A stretch of DNA of 63,495 nucleotides, filler included, from an uncultured Thermoplasmatales archaeon (GCA_964517155.1; 5 parts of 5 records of this genome joined end to end with filler, not necessarily neighbours in it), one strand, 5' to 3'; positions 10,763 to 19,962 are shown, counted from the first letter of the whole stretch. Made by a program: numbers and translations. Notes: a model not told the origin generated them from the letters alone.

Positions 10763-11524
10763 ATGTCCAAAGAGTATAAAATGGAAGTTAAAAATCTGAG
10801 TTTATGGTACGACAAAAAACAGGCTTTGATAGATGTAAGCATGCCTGTTAAAGAAAAAAAGGTTACGGCAATTATAGGTCCTTCAGGATGTGGTAAATCC
10901 ACACTTATTCGATGTCTTAATAGAATGAATGATATAATACCTCTATGTAGAGTTGAAGGCAGTATAATTTTTGATGGTAAAAATATTTATGAAAAAAGTT
11001 TAGATGTCGTTGAGATCAGAAAAAAAGTAGGAATGGTTTTTCAAAAACCAAATCCCTTTCCAAAAACAATTTATGAAAATATAGCCTACGGATGCCGTGT
11101 TGCTGGAATAAAAAATAAGAAAAAACTTGATGAAATTGTTGAAAAAAGTCTAAAAGAAGCTTTTTTATGGGATGAAGTAAAAGACAGACTGGAAGATTCA
11201 GCTATGGGCTTATCAGGCGGACAACAACAGCGTCTTTGTATAGCACGTGCACTTGCAATAAATCCTGAAGTTATTTTGATGGATGAACCATGCAGTGCGC
11301 TAGACCCTATTGCAACTGCAAAAATAGAGGATTTAATCAGAGAACTTATAAAAAATTATACAGTAGTAATTGTTACTCATAATATGCAGCAGGCGGCAAG
11401 AGTATCTGATTATACTGCTTATATGTATCTTGGTAAAATGATTGAATTTGGAGAAACAACTCAGATATTTGAAAATCCTAAAGAAGAATTAACTGAAAAT
11501 TATATAACAGGTAGATTTGGATAA
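10763..11524 (+). CDS. pstB: Phosphate ABC transporter ATPase
   Basis: [25 protein letters not shown]-terminal YITGRFG. Confidence 0.97.
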   Translation: MSKEYKMEVKNLSLWYDKKQALIDVSMPVKEKKVTAIIGPSGCGKSTLIRCLNRMNDIIPLCRVEGSIIFDGKNIYEKSLDVVEIRKKVGMVFQKPNPFPKTIYENIAYGCRVAGIKNKKKLDEIVEKSLKEAFLWDEVKDRLEDSAMGLSGGQQQRLCIARALAINPEVILMDEPCSALDPIATAKIEDLIRELIKNYTVVIVTHNMQQAARVSDYTAYMYLGKMIEFGETTQIFENPKEELTENYITGRFG

Positions 11525-11542
11525 AAAGAAGGTGAAAAAAAT

Positions 11543-12241
11543 ATGGTTGAAAAATTTCATGATGAGTTAAAAGGACTAGAAAAAGAAGTTTTGATAATGG
11601 GCAATCTTGCAAAGGATATGCTTAAAAAATCCATTGAATCTTTAAAAGAGCTCGACCACAAAAAAGCAGAATGGGTAATATCACAAAAAGGAAAACTTGC
11701 TGATATGGATGATGATATTGAAGAAAAAACACTCAGGCTTATCACGCTTTATCAACCAATGGCAATTGATATGCGCAGGATTGCATGTATTCTAAAAATG
11801 ATTACGTATCTAAATAGAATCGGCAGATATGGTAAAGATATTGCAAAGTTTGAAAGTGAGTTTGAAAAAAATGGTCATGTTAAAAAACTTATAAGTCTGC
11901 CACATATGGCTGGAATTGTTGATGGAATGATTAATGATGCTCTTTATGCTTTTGAAAAAGGGGATATATCTAAATTTAATGATTTTATTGAACGCGAGGA
12001 AAATGTTGATGAGCTTCGCTACTCTATTTTTAGGGAATGTTTAAGTTATATGATGGAAGACCCGAAGGTTATCACTCGTTGTACCTATTATATTATGGTT
12101 GCTCGGTATCTTGAGCGTTGTGCTGATCATGCTTGTAAGATAGCTGAAAAAATTATTTACATGGTTAGCGGTCAGCATGTAGAAATTGACTGCAGAGAAG
12201 AGACAAGCAAAGCTTGTTTTATGGGTGTTAAGAAAAAATAA
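11543..12241 (+). CDS. phoU: Phosphate signalling protein PhoU
   Basis: QPMAIDMR and LERCADHA motifs; follows pstB. Confidence 0.95.
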   Translation: MVEKFHDELKGLEKEVLIMGNLAKDMLKKSIESLKELDHKKAEWVISQKGKLADMDDDIEEKTLRLITLYQPMAIDMRRIACILKMITYLNRIGRYGKDIAKFESEFEKNGHVKKLISLPHMAGIVDGMINDALYAFEKGDISKFNDFIEREENVDELRYSIFRECLSYMMEDPKVITRCTYYIMVARYLERCADHACKIAEKIIYMVSGQHVEIDCREETSKACFMGVKKK

Positions 12242-12657
12242 TGATTAAAGAAAAAAAAACTGTGCTTTTTATCTGTACACATAACAGCTGTCGTTCTCAG
12301 ATGGCAGAAGGCTTGCTAAATACGCTTTATAAAGATAAATACGAAGCGTTTAGCGCAGGTGTTGAAAAAACAACTGTTAATCCTTATGCAATTGAAGTTA
12401 TGAAAGAAATCGGCATTGATATTTCAAAACAATATTCAAAACTTATTACTGATTTTCAAGGGAAAGAATTTGATTTTGTTGTAACTGTTTGTGATAATGC
12501 CCGTGAGACTTGTCCTTTTTTTCCTGGTAAGAAAATTATTCATAAAAGTTTTAATGATCCCTCAAAAGGAGATATTCCTACTGAAGAATTAGTAGATAAT
12601 TTTAGAAAGACTAGAGATGAGATAAAGCAATGGGTTGTTGATTTTTTCTCTATATAA
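12241..12657 (+). CDS. arsC: Thioredoxin-type arsenate reductase (LMW-PTP fold)
   Basis: CTHNSCRSQMAE P-loop plus VCDNARETCP resolving cysteines; TAATG overlap with phoU. Confidence 0.88.
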   Translation: MIKEKKTVLFICTHNSCRSQMAEGLLNTLYKDKYEAFSAGVEKTTVNPYAIEVMKEIGIDISKQYSKLITDFQGKEFDFVVTVCDNARETCPFFPGKKIIHKSFNDPSKGDIPTEELVDNFRKTRDEIKQWVVDFFSI

Positions 12658-12696
12658 TTTGTCTTTTAGCTAATAATTTTTTATAGGAAAATATTT

Positions 12697-12725
12697 ATAT
12701 CGAATTTCGATATCGAATTACGATA
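12697..12725. promoter_or_regulatory. Tandem palindromic operator upstream of padR
   Basis: Perfect ATATCGAA-T-TTCGATAT (12697-12713) overlapping TATCG-AATTA-CGATA (12711-12725), ending 2 nt before the ATG. Confidence 0.7.
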
Positions 12726-12727
12726 AC

Positions 12728-13027
12728 ATGTACGAAAAAAAGATTCTACTTGGTTTTATAAGAGTGCATATCCTACATCATGCCCTTATTGATAATGGGA
12801 TATATGGTCTTGAGATGATAGAGGAATTAAAATCTCATGGTTATCGTATAAGCCCTGGAACTTTGTACCCTATTCTTCACGATATGCAAAACAATAATCT
12901 ACTTAATTTTAAAAAAGAAAACGTTTGTGGCAAGATAAGAAAAATATATACAATAACTAAAAAAGGAGAAGAAACTCTAAAAAATCTGAAAAAATTCATA
13001 CAAGAGCTATCTGAAGAGGTAATATAA
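12728..13027 (+). CDS. PadR family transcriptional regulator
   Basis: YG..MI..L....Y.ISPGTLYPIL and RKIY.IT..G motifs. Confidence 0.92.
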   Translation: MYEKKILLGFIRVHILHHALIDNGIYGLEMIEELKSHGYRISPGTLYPILHDMQNNNLLNFKKENVCGKIRKIYTITKKGEETLKNLKKFIQELSEEVI

Positions 13028-13028
13028 A

Positions 13029-14231
13029 ATGAATATTATTTCTATGAAAGATCCGAAAAAAAATGTTTATAAGAAAGAGATTTTAAAAGGTCTTACAAGA
13101 AACATTTTAATTGTTGGGTTTGTTAGTCTTTTTACAGACTTAAGCAGTCAAATGGTTTTCCCGCTTATTCCTTTATATCTGGTAACAATTGGTGCAAGTG
13201 CTTGGGTTATAGGTCTTGTTGAGGGTGCTGCAGAAACTACAGCCTCTCTTTTGAAAGTTTTTTCAGGTTATTGGTCTGATAAAATCAGGAAGAGAAAGCC
13301 GTTTGTTCTTGCTGGATATAGCATTTCAACGATTACAAAACCACTTTTTGCATTTGCAAATATTTGGCCTTTTGTTTTAATAATTAGAATTATTGAAAGG
13401 ATAGGAAAAGGAATTAGAAACGCACCACGTGATGCAATTATTGCTGAATCCTGTGATAATTCATGCAGGGGTAAAGCATATGGCTTTCATCGTGCAATGG
13501 ATGGCGTTGGTTCTATTGCAGGTGCTTTGCTTGCTTTTATTCTTTTACCTATGATCGGTTTTAAAAATATTTTTTTAATAGCAGTAATACCTGGTATTAT
13601 TGCTGTTTTTTTTATAATGTTTATCAAAGAAAAAAAGATAGAAAAAAAATATTGTAAAGAACCTCTTAAAGTTGGTTTGAAAAAACTGCCTTTTAATTTA
13701 AAGTTGTTTCTTTTTGTTTCAATGATATTTTCATTTGCTCATTTTGGTTATGCATTTATTCTTCTAAAAGCAAAAGACATTGGTCTTGATAATCAATATG
13801 CAATATTTTTGTATGTTTTGTTTTACATCGTTTATACTTTGTTTATTATACCTGCAGGAGTATTATCAGATAAAATTGGCCGCAAGCCAGTAATTATTGC
13901 AGGTTATGTTTTGTTTTTAATTACTGCTGTTGGCTTGGTTTTTACAAATAGTATTTTTATATTGTTGTTGATGTTTGTTATGTATGGATTGTTTTACGCG
14001 ATGATTGATGGAGTACAGCGTGCTTTTGTAGTTGATCTGGCACCAGAGAATCTAAAGGCAACTGCACTTGGAACTTATCATACTTCAGTGGGTTTAGCCG
14101 CACTTCCAGCTGGTTTTTTATTAGGTTTTATCTGGGATACAATTTCGCCTGAGTTTATGTTTATTTATGCGTTATTTCTAACGTTGATTGCTTTGTTTAT
14201 GTTTGGTTTTGTAAAAAACAATAAAAAATAA
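13029..14231 (+). CDS. MFS transporter
   Basis: G..SDKIRKRK and GVLSDKIGRK motif A; about 12 TM segments. Confidence 0.92.
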   Translation: MNIISMKDPKKNVYKKEILKGLTRNILIVGFVSLFTDLSSQMVFPLIPLYLVTIGASAWVIGLVEGAAETTASLLKVFSGYWSDKIRKRKPFVLAGYSISTITKPLFAFANIWPFVLIIRIIERIGKGIRNAPRDAIIAESCDNSCRGKAYGFHRAMDGVGSIAGALLAFILLPMIGFKNIFLIAVIPGIIAVFFIMFIKEKKIEKKYCKEPLKVGLKKLPFNLKLFLFVSMIFSFAHFGYAFILLKAKDIGLDNQYAIFLYVLFYIVYTLFIIPAGVLSDKIGRKPVIIAGYVLFLITAVGLVFTNSIFILLLMFVMYGLFYAMIDGVQRAFVVDLAPENLKATALGTYHTSVGLAALPAGFLLGFIWDTISPEFMFIYALFLTLIALFMFGFVKNNKK

Positions 14232-14237
14232 TTTTTT

Positions 14238-14438
14238 TTATAAATAATCAACTACATCTGGTTGTACTACTATTGCAGTTCTTGCATATCTGCGAAGCTG
14301 CTCAATTCCTTCAAGGCATTCATATTCTGTCATATATGCGCCACTATGAGCAATAACCCCGCCATTTGGTGCTATTAAATGAAAAAACCATTCTCCATTT
14401 TCCTCAGATTGCCAGTATTCAAATCTTGTGGAAACCAT
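14238..14438 (-). CDS. YegP/DUF1508 family protein
   Basis: FE......GEWFFHL.APNG.VIA.S..Y......GI pattern. Confidence 0.8.
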   Translation of the reverse strand: MVSTRFEYWQSEENGEWFFHLIAPNGGVIAHSGAYMTEYECLEGIEQLRRYARTAIVVQPDVVDYL

Positions 14439-14584
14439 AACATATTCGCCTAAAAATTTATTATTTTATTTTAGTTAATAATCTATCTTCAAATACAATC
14501 TATAGTGAATGTAGATGTATTGATTTTATTTTCAAAAATTAAAAATAATTAAATAAACACATTATTGTTTCAATGATTTGATTT

Positions 14585-15274
14585 ATGAAACTTGCATTTA
14601 TATCTGATATTCATTCAAATGTTCATGCTTTATCTGAAGTACTTGAAAAAATCGATGATTTAAAAGTTGATGAGGTTTTTTGTTGCGGAGATATTGTTGG
14701 GTATAATGCTTTTCCAAAAGAGTGTATTGATTTAGTAAGAGAACTTAGGATAAAATCTGTTATCGGAAATCATGATTTGGCAACAGTGGATAATAAGCTT
14801 TCGTGGTTTAAAGAAGATTGTGCGATGGGGATTAAATATAGTATAGAAAATCTTGAAAAATCAGATATAAAATTTTTAAAAAATCTTGATTTTGAATTAG
14901 ATTTTGTGCGTGATGGTGTAAGTTTTTATATGTGTCATGGCAGCCCAAGGGATAAAATCTTTGAATATATTCAACCGTGGTTTACAGAAGAGGTTTTATC
15001 AGCTATTGCAAAGGATGTTGATGCTGATTATATAATTACTGGCCATACACATATTCAGATGGAGGCAGCAGTTGGATCGCAAGTTTTTTTAAATCCTGGT
15101 AGTGTTGGTCAGCCGCGAGATGGCATTGCTAAATCTTGTTTTATGGTTTTTGATACAGTTGAGTTAAAAGCTTCTTGGTATAGATTAAATTATGATATTA
15201 AAGCAGCTGCTGATGCAGTTTTAAAAGCAAATTTACCTGTTGTTTTTGCAGAAAAATTAATAGAAGCAAAATAA
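14585..15274 (+). CDS. Metallophosphoesterase (YfcE-like)
   Basis: SDIHSN, GDIVGY, GNHD, HGSP, GHTH and NPGSVGQPRDG motifs. Confidence 0.92.
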   Translation: MKLAFISDIHSNVHALSEVLEKIDDLKVDEVFCCGDIVGYNAFPKECIDLVRELRIKSVIGNHDLATVDNKLSWFKEDCAMGIKYSIENLEKSDIKFLKNLDFELDFVRDGVSFYMCHGSPRDKIFEYIQPWFTEEVLSAIAKDVDADYIITGHTHIQMEAAVGSQVFLNPGSVGQPRDGIAKSCFMVFDTVELKASWYRLNYDIKAAADAVLKANLPVVFAEKLIEAK

Positions 15275-15376
15275 TATTAAAAATACATATAGATTTATTA
15301 TCTCTATTTATGATATATATGCATCTATATATTACATTGACAAGTTCTATATAATTAGATTCCGATTTTGTATTTG

Positions 15377-15540
15377 GAGACTAAATAAGGGCTTTGCTTT
15401 CATGTAAATATAGCGCCCTACTATGGGCACATGATTGGCAAATTAATATCATCCCATCCCTAAACAATAATGTGTCCCTCCCATCCCCCATTCCTTTTTT
15501 TCTCCTCGGACCGGAACCATGAGTGGGGGATGAACCACAT
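15377..15540 (+). ncRNA. Candidate structured small RNA (three hairpins)
   Basis: GC-rich intergenic island; stems 15388-92/15415-19, 15425-37/15465-77 and 15482-93/15521-32, with G-U pairs on the + strand; TATA-like CTATATAA near 15347. Confidence 0.45.
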
Positions 15541-15685
15541 CAAAAACAAGGCCAAATATAATATATAGTTATATATAGATATTCTAGAGTATATAGAAAA
15601 TTTTTATATCTATATTCCAAATATTTTACAAATATTGAGAAAAATATATTTAAACAAAACAAGAAAAAATATTGAGGAATATAAA

Positions 15686-16696
15686 ATGGAAACACGAAAA
15701 GTTCAGATAACTGGCCGCTCGACATACGTAGTATCACTTCCAAAAACATGGGTAAATAAAGTCAAAATAAAAAATGGCGATAGTATCGGAATGGTACCCC
15801 GATCAGATGGAACACTGCTCATAAATCCAAAACTTACTGAAAGGGGAGAAAAAACAGACGAGCAGCTAACTAAAAAAATAAATATAGACTCACAAAACAT
15901 GGATGAATTCACTAGAGAATTTATAGGCGTATATCTTGCAGGACATAATATAATTGAAATGAATTTTAAGCATCCTGTATCAAAAAATATACGTCAAAAA
16001 ATAAGAGAGTTATCCCATGATGTAATAGGCCCTGAAATAATTGATGAATCAGTAAATAGTGTAACAGTAAAAGATTTACTTGATGCTAGTGATTTTTCAA
16101 TTGTAAAAGGCGTGAAAAGAATGTACATTATTACAAAAGCAATGTATACAGATGCACTAAATGCATTAAATAATAAAGATAAAGATCTTGCCGAAGATGT
16201 AGAATCAAGAGATAATGACGTGGACAAACTTCACTGGTTAATAAGCAAACAATTTAATCTAATATTAAAAGACGTTTTTTTTGCAGATAAAATGGGTGTA
16301 AAACCACAAGAAGCATTAAGTTTTCTTCTAACAGCACGCGCGATAGAAAGAATTGCAGATCATGCTGCTCGTCTTGCAAAAAACTCAAAGATTATAACTG
16401 AAAAAACACCACTTGACGAAAAAATAGTAGAAATAAGTAATAAAGTACTAGAAGTCTTTGATGGTTCAATAGCTTCAATGTATAGACGCGACTTAAAAAA
16501 TGCACATGACACAGTAGAAAAATCCAAAAAGATACATACTGAAATAGAAAAACTCAGGCAAGATATATTAAGCCTTAAAAAAACAGATATACCTACTATT
16601 GTATCACTTACTTATATTGTAGACAGCCTGGACAGAACAAGAGGTTATGCAGAGGATATTGCAGAGATTGCGATTAATCATTATTTTGTTGCATAA
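15686..16696 (+). CDS. Second archaeal phosphate uptake regulator (AbrB plus PhoU)
   Basis: METRKVQITGRSTYVVSLPKTW after a GAGG SD; DVDKL and ERIADH motifs; paralog of 6673..7680. Confidence 0.9.
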   Translation: METRKVQITGRSTYVVSLPKTWVNKVKIKNGDSIGMVPRSDGTLLINPKLTERGEKTDEQLTKKINIDSQNMDEFTREFIGVYLAGHNIIEMNFKHPVSKNIRQKIRELSHDVIGPEIIDESVNSVTVKDLLDASDFSIVKGVKRMYIITKAMYTDALNALNNKDKDLAEDVESRDNDVDKLHWLISKQFNLILKDVFFADKMGVKPQEALSFLLTARAIERIADHAARLAKNSKIITEKTPLDEKIVEISNKVLEVFDGSIASMYRRDLKNAHDTVEKSKKIHTEIEKLRQDILSLKKTDIPTIVSLTYIVDSLDRTRGYAEDIAEIAINHYFVA

Positions 16697-16706
16697 AAAA
16701 ATACTG

Positions 16707-17003
16707 CTAACTAGGATTTAAAAACATTTTTTCTTCTTTTTTATCTTTTTGTTTTTTGTTTTGCATACTATAAAAAGTTGAAATTGAAAAAGATAAAACG
16801 ATTATTCCAAGAAACAAAAGTGTAGCCCAATCAAAGAATATATCAAATAAACCAGGAGAATAATATGACTCAGGTCTAAATACACCTTGATAAATCATTC
16901 TTGAACCATGACCTATCATAATGCAACCTGATAAGAAAAAAACGATAAACAACAGATTTTTTTTATTACTTTTTCGCATTCTACGAAAAAAATCTATACC
17001 CAT
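16707..17003 (-). CDS. Small 2-TM membrane protein
   Basis: Two hydrophobic helices; purine-rich GAGATGGGA upstream of the ATG. Confidence 0.6.
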   Translation of the reverse strand: MGIDFFRRMRKSNKKNLLFIVFFLSGCIMIGHGSRMIYQGVFRPESYYSPGLFDIFFDWATLLFLGIIVLSFSISTFYSMQNKKQKDKKEEKMFLNPS

Positions 17004-17100
17004 TATCCCATCTCTAAATACTTTATATAGAGGTATATAATCTATTTTTTCTATATAAATATTTAGGTTTATACGCTAAAAATTAGCAAGAAAAAAAGAT

Positions 17101-17283
17101 TTATTTTGAGATATTTGCAATTCTTTCATTTATCTGTTTCATATTATATGTTGAAAAATCACCAGTTCTATACACTTTTAGCAGGTATTGCAACTGCTCT
17201 TCGTGCCTTTTAGACCATTTGTTTTCCAAACGTTTTGCTTCCATTTTACTTATCTTGTTTTCGATCCAGCTTTCTTTTACCAT
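17101..17283 (-). CDS. Small hypothetical protein (paralog A)
   Basis: ENKIS...AK.LENKWSK..EE...Y....Y.T..FSTYN shared with 19058..19243. Confidence 0.7.
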   Translation of the reverse strand: MVKESWIENKISKMEAKRLENKWSKRHEEQLQYLLKVYRTGDFSTYNMKQINERIANISK

Positions 17284-17337
17284 AGTTATATGTTTCCTTT
17301 AATTTTTTAAGATTTTAATTTTTGTTTTCTGTATCTG

Positions 17338-17449
17338 ATGGTTTTCTGACGGGAGGGGTTTTACCTCCCTTGAAACCATTCAAGCGTCTTTTGCCATTGC
17401 TTTTAGATAAGTAATTTAAATAAAGCAATTAAAAACTTGTCAAAATAAA
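17338..17449 (-). repeat. Duplicated promoter plus structured leader, copy 1
   Basis: About 110 nt nearly identical to 19296..19405; most differences fall in a hairpin loop. Confidence 0.9.
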
Positions 17450-17522
17450 TCACATATATGTTTTACAACAATTTTCACTAAATAATCTATATAGATTCTT
17501 CAAATAGATTAAAAAAAAGATG

Positions 17523-17550
17523 TCTTCCATGGCATTAGAGCCATAGAAGA
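17523..17550 (-). terminator. Hairpin terminator after 17560..18072
   Basis: TCTTCTATGGC/GCCATGGAAGA stem followed by a T7 run on the minus strand. Confidence 0.55.
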
Positions 17551-17559
17551 AAAAAAAGT

Positions 17560-18072
17560 TTATTCTTCATTCAAAACTATTTTTGCTCCTGCCCATCCAG
17601 AGTTATGCGGCGTCATCCATTTCATTTTTATTGTATTGTTTTCTCTATCAAATTTATAAAGACCTGTTATATGGCATTTTTCGCCTTCTGGAGTTATGAC
17701 TCTTCCATTAAAATATCCTTTTTTCATTATGCCAAATATCTTGCCATATGAATCATCACCTGTTTTGTTGTATACTCCTTTTAAAACAAGCACGTTTGGT
17801 CTTTTTGTAATTTTTGCGCCAAAATAGCCATCTAATTCTTCATCTCCTGAAAAACCCCATATTCCTCTGATTTTAAATTCTTTATAAGAATTATCAGTTT
17901 TTTTGCTTAAAATCGTTTCTTTTGTCGATGCGTCATCTTTTATTCCCAAAACCTTTTCGCTAGATAGTTCTGTCTCATTTAGTTCAGAGTCTAGGCTATA
18001 TGCAAAGGCTGAGGCTGACATCACTGACAGTAGAATACTTGCGCCAATAAATATTCCAATTATTTTTTTCAT
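17560..18072 (-). CDS. Secreted Gly-rich beta-strand hypothetical protein
   Basis: Signal peptide; GIWG motif resembling 44104..44592. Confidence 0.75.
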   Translation of the reverse strand: MKKIIGIFIGASILLSVMSASAFAYSLDSELNETELSSEKVLGIKDDASTKETILSKKTDNSYKEFKIRGIWGFSGDEELDGYFGAKITKRPNVLVLKGVYNKTGDDSYGKIFGIMKKGYFNGRVITPEGEKCHITGLYKFDRENNTIKMKWMTPHNSGWAGAKIVLNEE

Positions 18073-18164
18073 TTTTTATATCACCTTAATTCATAATTGT
18101 GGCTAAGAATATATAAAAAAATACCAGAAAAGGTTCCGATTTATACCCAAATCTAACCCAAATT

Positions 18165-18656
18165 CTATTCCGAACTAAGATAAAATAGTATAATCAAAGC
18201 GATTGTTTCAAATAAGTTTGGAAGAACATTTACAAGACCCAGATCTGTTATAGTTTGTCCAAATGCATATTGTATCACTGGAAGGCTTAGCAAAGACTGA
18301 ACAAACAATACCCCTAGAAACAAAATAAGCCCCATTATAAAGTTTGAATATGTCTCTCTAAATGTCTTGTAATAACTGTAAAGCAACCCAAGTAGCAAAG
18401 CTAAATTCATACTAATTACAACTGTTACAAGGATATATATCTCTGAAAAATGTCTCCAATTTTCCCTTATATATTGTGCAACAACTTTTTTATAATTTTC
18501 ATTTAACTCGCTTATTTTTTTATCTATGCGATTTTCAACACTATTTAGAGTTACAGCAGATAAAATTAAACCTATTATTAATCCAGTTACCAGTAGTAAA
18601 AAAATTATTGAAATTGCTTTTGCTTTTGGATCCATTTTTGGTGTATTTTCAACCAT
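18165..18656 (-). CDS. 4-TM membrane protein co-encoded with the wHTH regulator
   Basis: Four hydrophobic segments; 27 nt downstream of the regulator. Confidence 0.75.
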   Translation of the reverse strand: MVENTPKMDPKAKAISIIFLLLVTGLIIGLILSAVTLNSVENRIDKKISELNENYKKVVAQYIRENWRHFSEIYILVTVVISMNLALLLGLLYSYYKTFRETYSNFIMGLILFLGVLFVQSLLSLPVIQYAFGQTITDLGLVNVLPNLFETIALIILFYLSSE

Positions 18657-18683
18657 TTTTAATCATTCCTTTAGTTTTTCCTA

Positions 18684-18980
18684 TTATTTATTTTTTTTAC
18701 CAATTTTACTCCAAATCTCATAAAAGATTTCTTTGTTTTTTTCAATTAAATCTGAAGGAAAGTACATTTTCCCGTATCCGCTACCGGTACTTGTTATAAG
18801 ATTGTTTTTCTCCATTACATCGATATGATGTCTGATTGTTTTATAATCTAGATTTAAAACTTTAGAAAGATCATTTGCATTATGTGGCTGTTTAAATAAT
18901 TCCTCAAGAATTCTACCCCTATTTAATCCACCTGAAGAGCCTGCAAGGAGCCACCATAACAGTCTTTTTACACTATGCAT
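18684..18980 (-). CDS. ArsR-like winged helix-turn-helix regulator
   Basis: LLWWLLAGS.GG.NR..IL, LDYKTIRHH and wing GYGKMYF. Confidence 0.85.
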   Translation of the reverse strand: MHSVKRLLWWLLAGSSGGLNRGRILEELFKQPHNANDLSKVLNLDYKTIRHHIDVMEKNNLITSTGSGYGKMYFPSDLIEKNKEIFYEIWSKIGKKNK

Positions 18981-19057
18981 AATGCAAAATCAAAAAGTCT
19001 AATCCTTTAAGTCTTAAAAATGTTTTATCAATTTTTTATAGTTATAGGTTTTTTTGT

Positions 19058-19243
19058 TTACATGAAACCGCGTAATTTATAACGTGGATAATATAGTATG
19101 GCTCTGTTGATTTGATTGTATGTCGAAAAATTGTTTGTTTTATACATATTTGAAATGTAGTGTATCTCTTCTTCAGTTTTTTTAGACCATTTATTTTCTA
19201 AGTTTTTTGCTTTTATTGTACTTATCTTGTTTTCTTTTAACAT
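19058..19243 (-). CDS. Small hypothetical protein (paralog B)
   Basis: Start moved to ATG 19243 (AAGGAG SD; aligns with paralog A). Confidence 0.65.
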   Translation of the reverse strand: MLKENKISTIKAKNLENKWSKKTEEEIHYISNMYKTNNFSTYNQINRAILYYPRYKLRGFM

Positions 19244-19295
19244 ACTGCGCACTCCTTTAGAATCTAAATATTTAATTCTGCTTTCCGCACATTTT

Positions 19296-19405
19296 ATGGT
19301 TTTCTGACGGGAGGAATCTGCCTCCCTTGAAACCATTCAAGCATCTTTTGCCGTTGCTTTAGATAAGTAATTTAAATAAAGCAATTAAAAGATTGGCAAA
19401 ATAAA
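19296..19405 (-). repeat. Duplicated promoter plus structured leader, copy 2
   Basis: Matches 17338..17449. Confidence 0.9.
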
Positions 19406-19451
19406 ATACTTTGAAGAATTGTCGCTATTTTATACTATATAGAATATTTTG

Positions 19452-19865
19452 TTAGGAACTCTTGGACATATCCTTTGCAAATTTTTTTGCATCCTCAAGG
19501 TCTTTGCTATCCGGCTTTGTTTTATTCATTAAGAAAAACTTGCCCATACAGAAGTATTTGCCAATAATTTGTGCATCCTTTGCATTTAGCATATCATGCA
19601 TGGCTTCTACTTCTGCACCTTTTCCACCGCCTGAGGTTCCGAATAACGCAACTTTTCTTTTGGAAAAATCGTTATCTTCGATAAATTTTATCATTGCTTT
19701 TCCAGGTTTGCTGCCGTAGCTTCCAGATCCTATAAAAATAAATGTATCATCTTTTAGTTCTGCATTTTTTACATCTTGGGCTTGAACATTTAATTCAGAT
19801 GCAATTGCATCTGCAACTTTTTTTGTACTGCCTTTTCTTGAGAAATAAATCACTTGGAATTTCAT
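19452..19865 (-). CDS. Flavodoxin
   Basis: YFSRKGSTKKVA FMN loop, GSGSY, VALFGTSG; start at MKFQV. Confidence 0.9.
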   Translation of the reverse strand: MKFQVIYFSRKGSTKKVADAIASELNVQAQDVKNAELKDDTFIFIGSGSYGSKPGKAMIKFIEDNDFSKRKVALFGTSGGGKGAEVEAMHDMLNAKDAQIIGKYFCMGKFFLMNKTKPDSKDLEDAKKFAKDMSKSS

Positions 19866-19962
19866 ACTTGTTAGTAAAAAAATTTGTCTTTTAAAGCTTT
19901 TCATCATCTACTGTTAGTAAATAGTTTATATAGATTATATTCAAAATCATTTTGTATAAAAT

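Noticed and set aside
17338..17380. Hammerhead-like CTGA...GAAA core (+) or B12-box-like GTCAGAAAACC (-)
   Set aside because: CTGACGG is not CUGANGA and stem I is missing; there is no four-way cobalamin junction
19244..19336. 31-aa extension of the paralog B ORF
   Set aside because: Runs through the conserved leader hairpin, is not kept in copy A, and an SD supports ATG 19243
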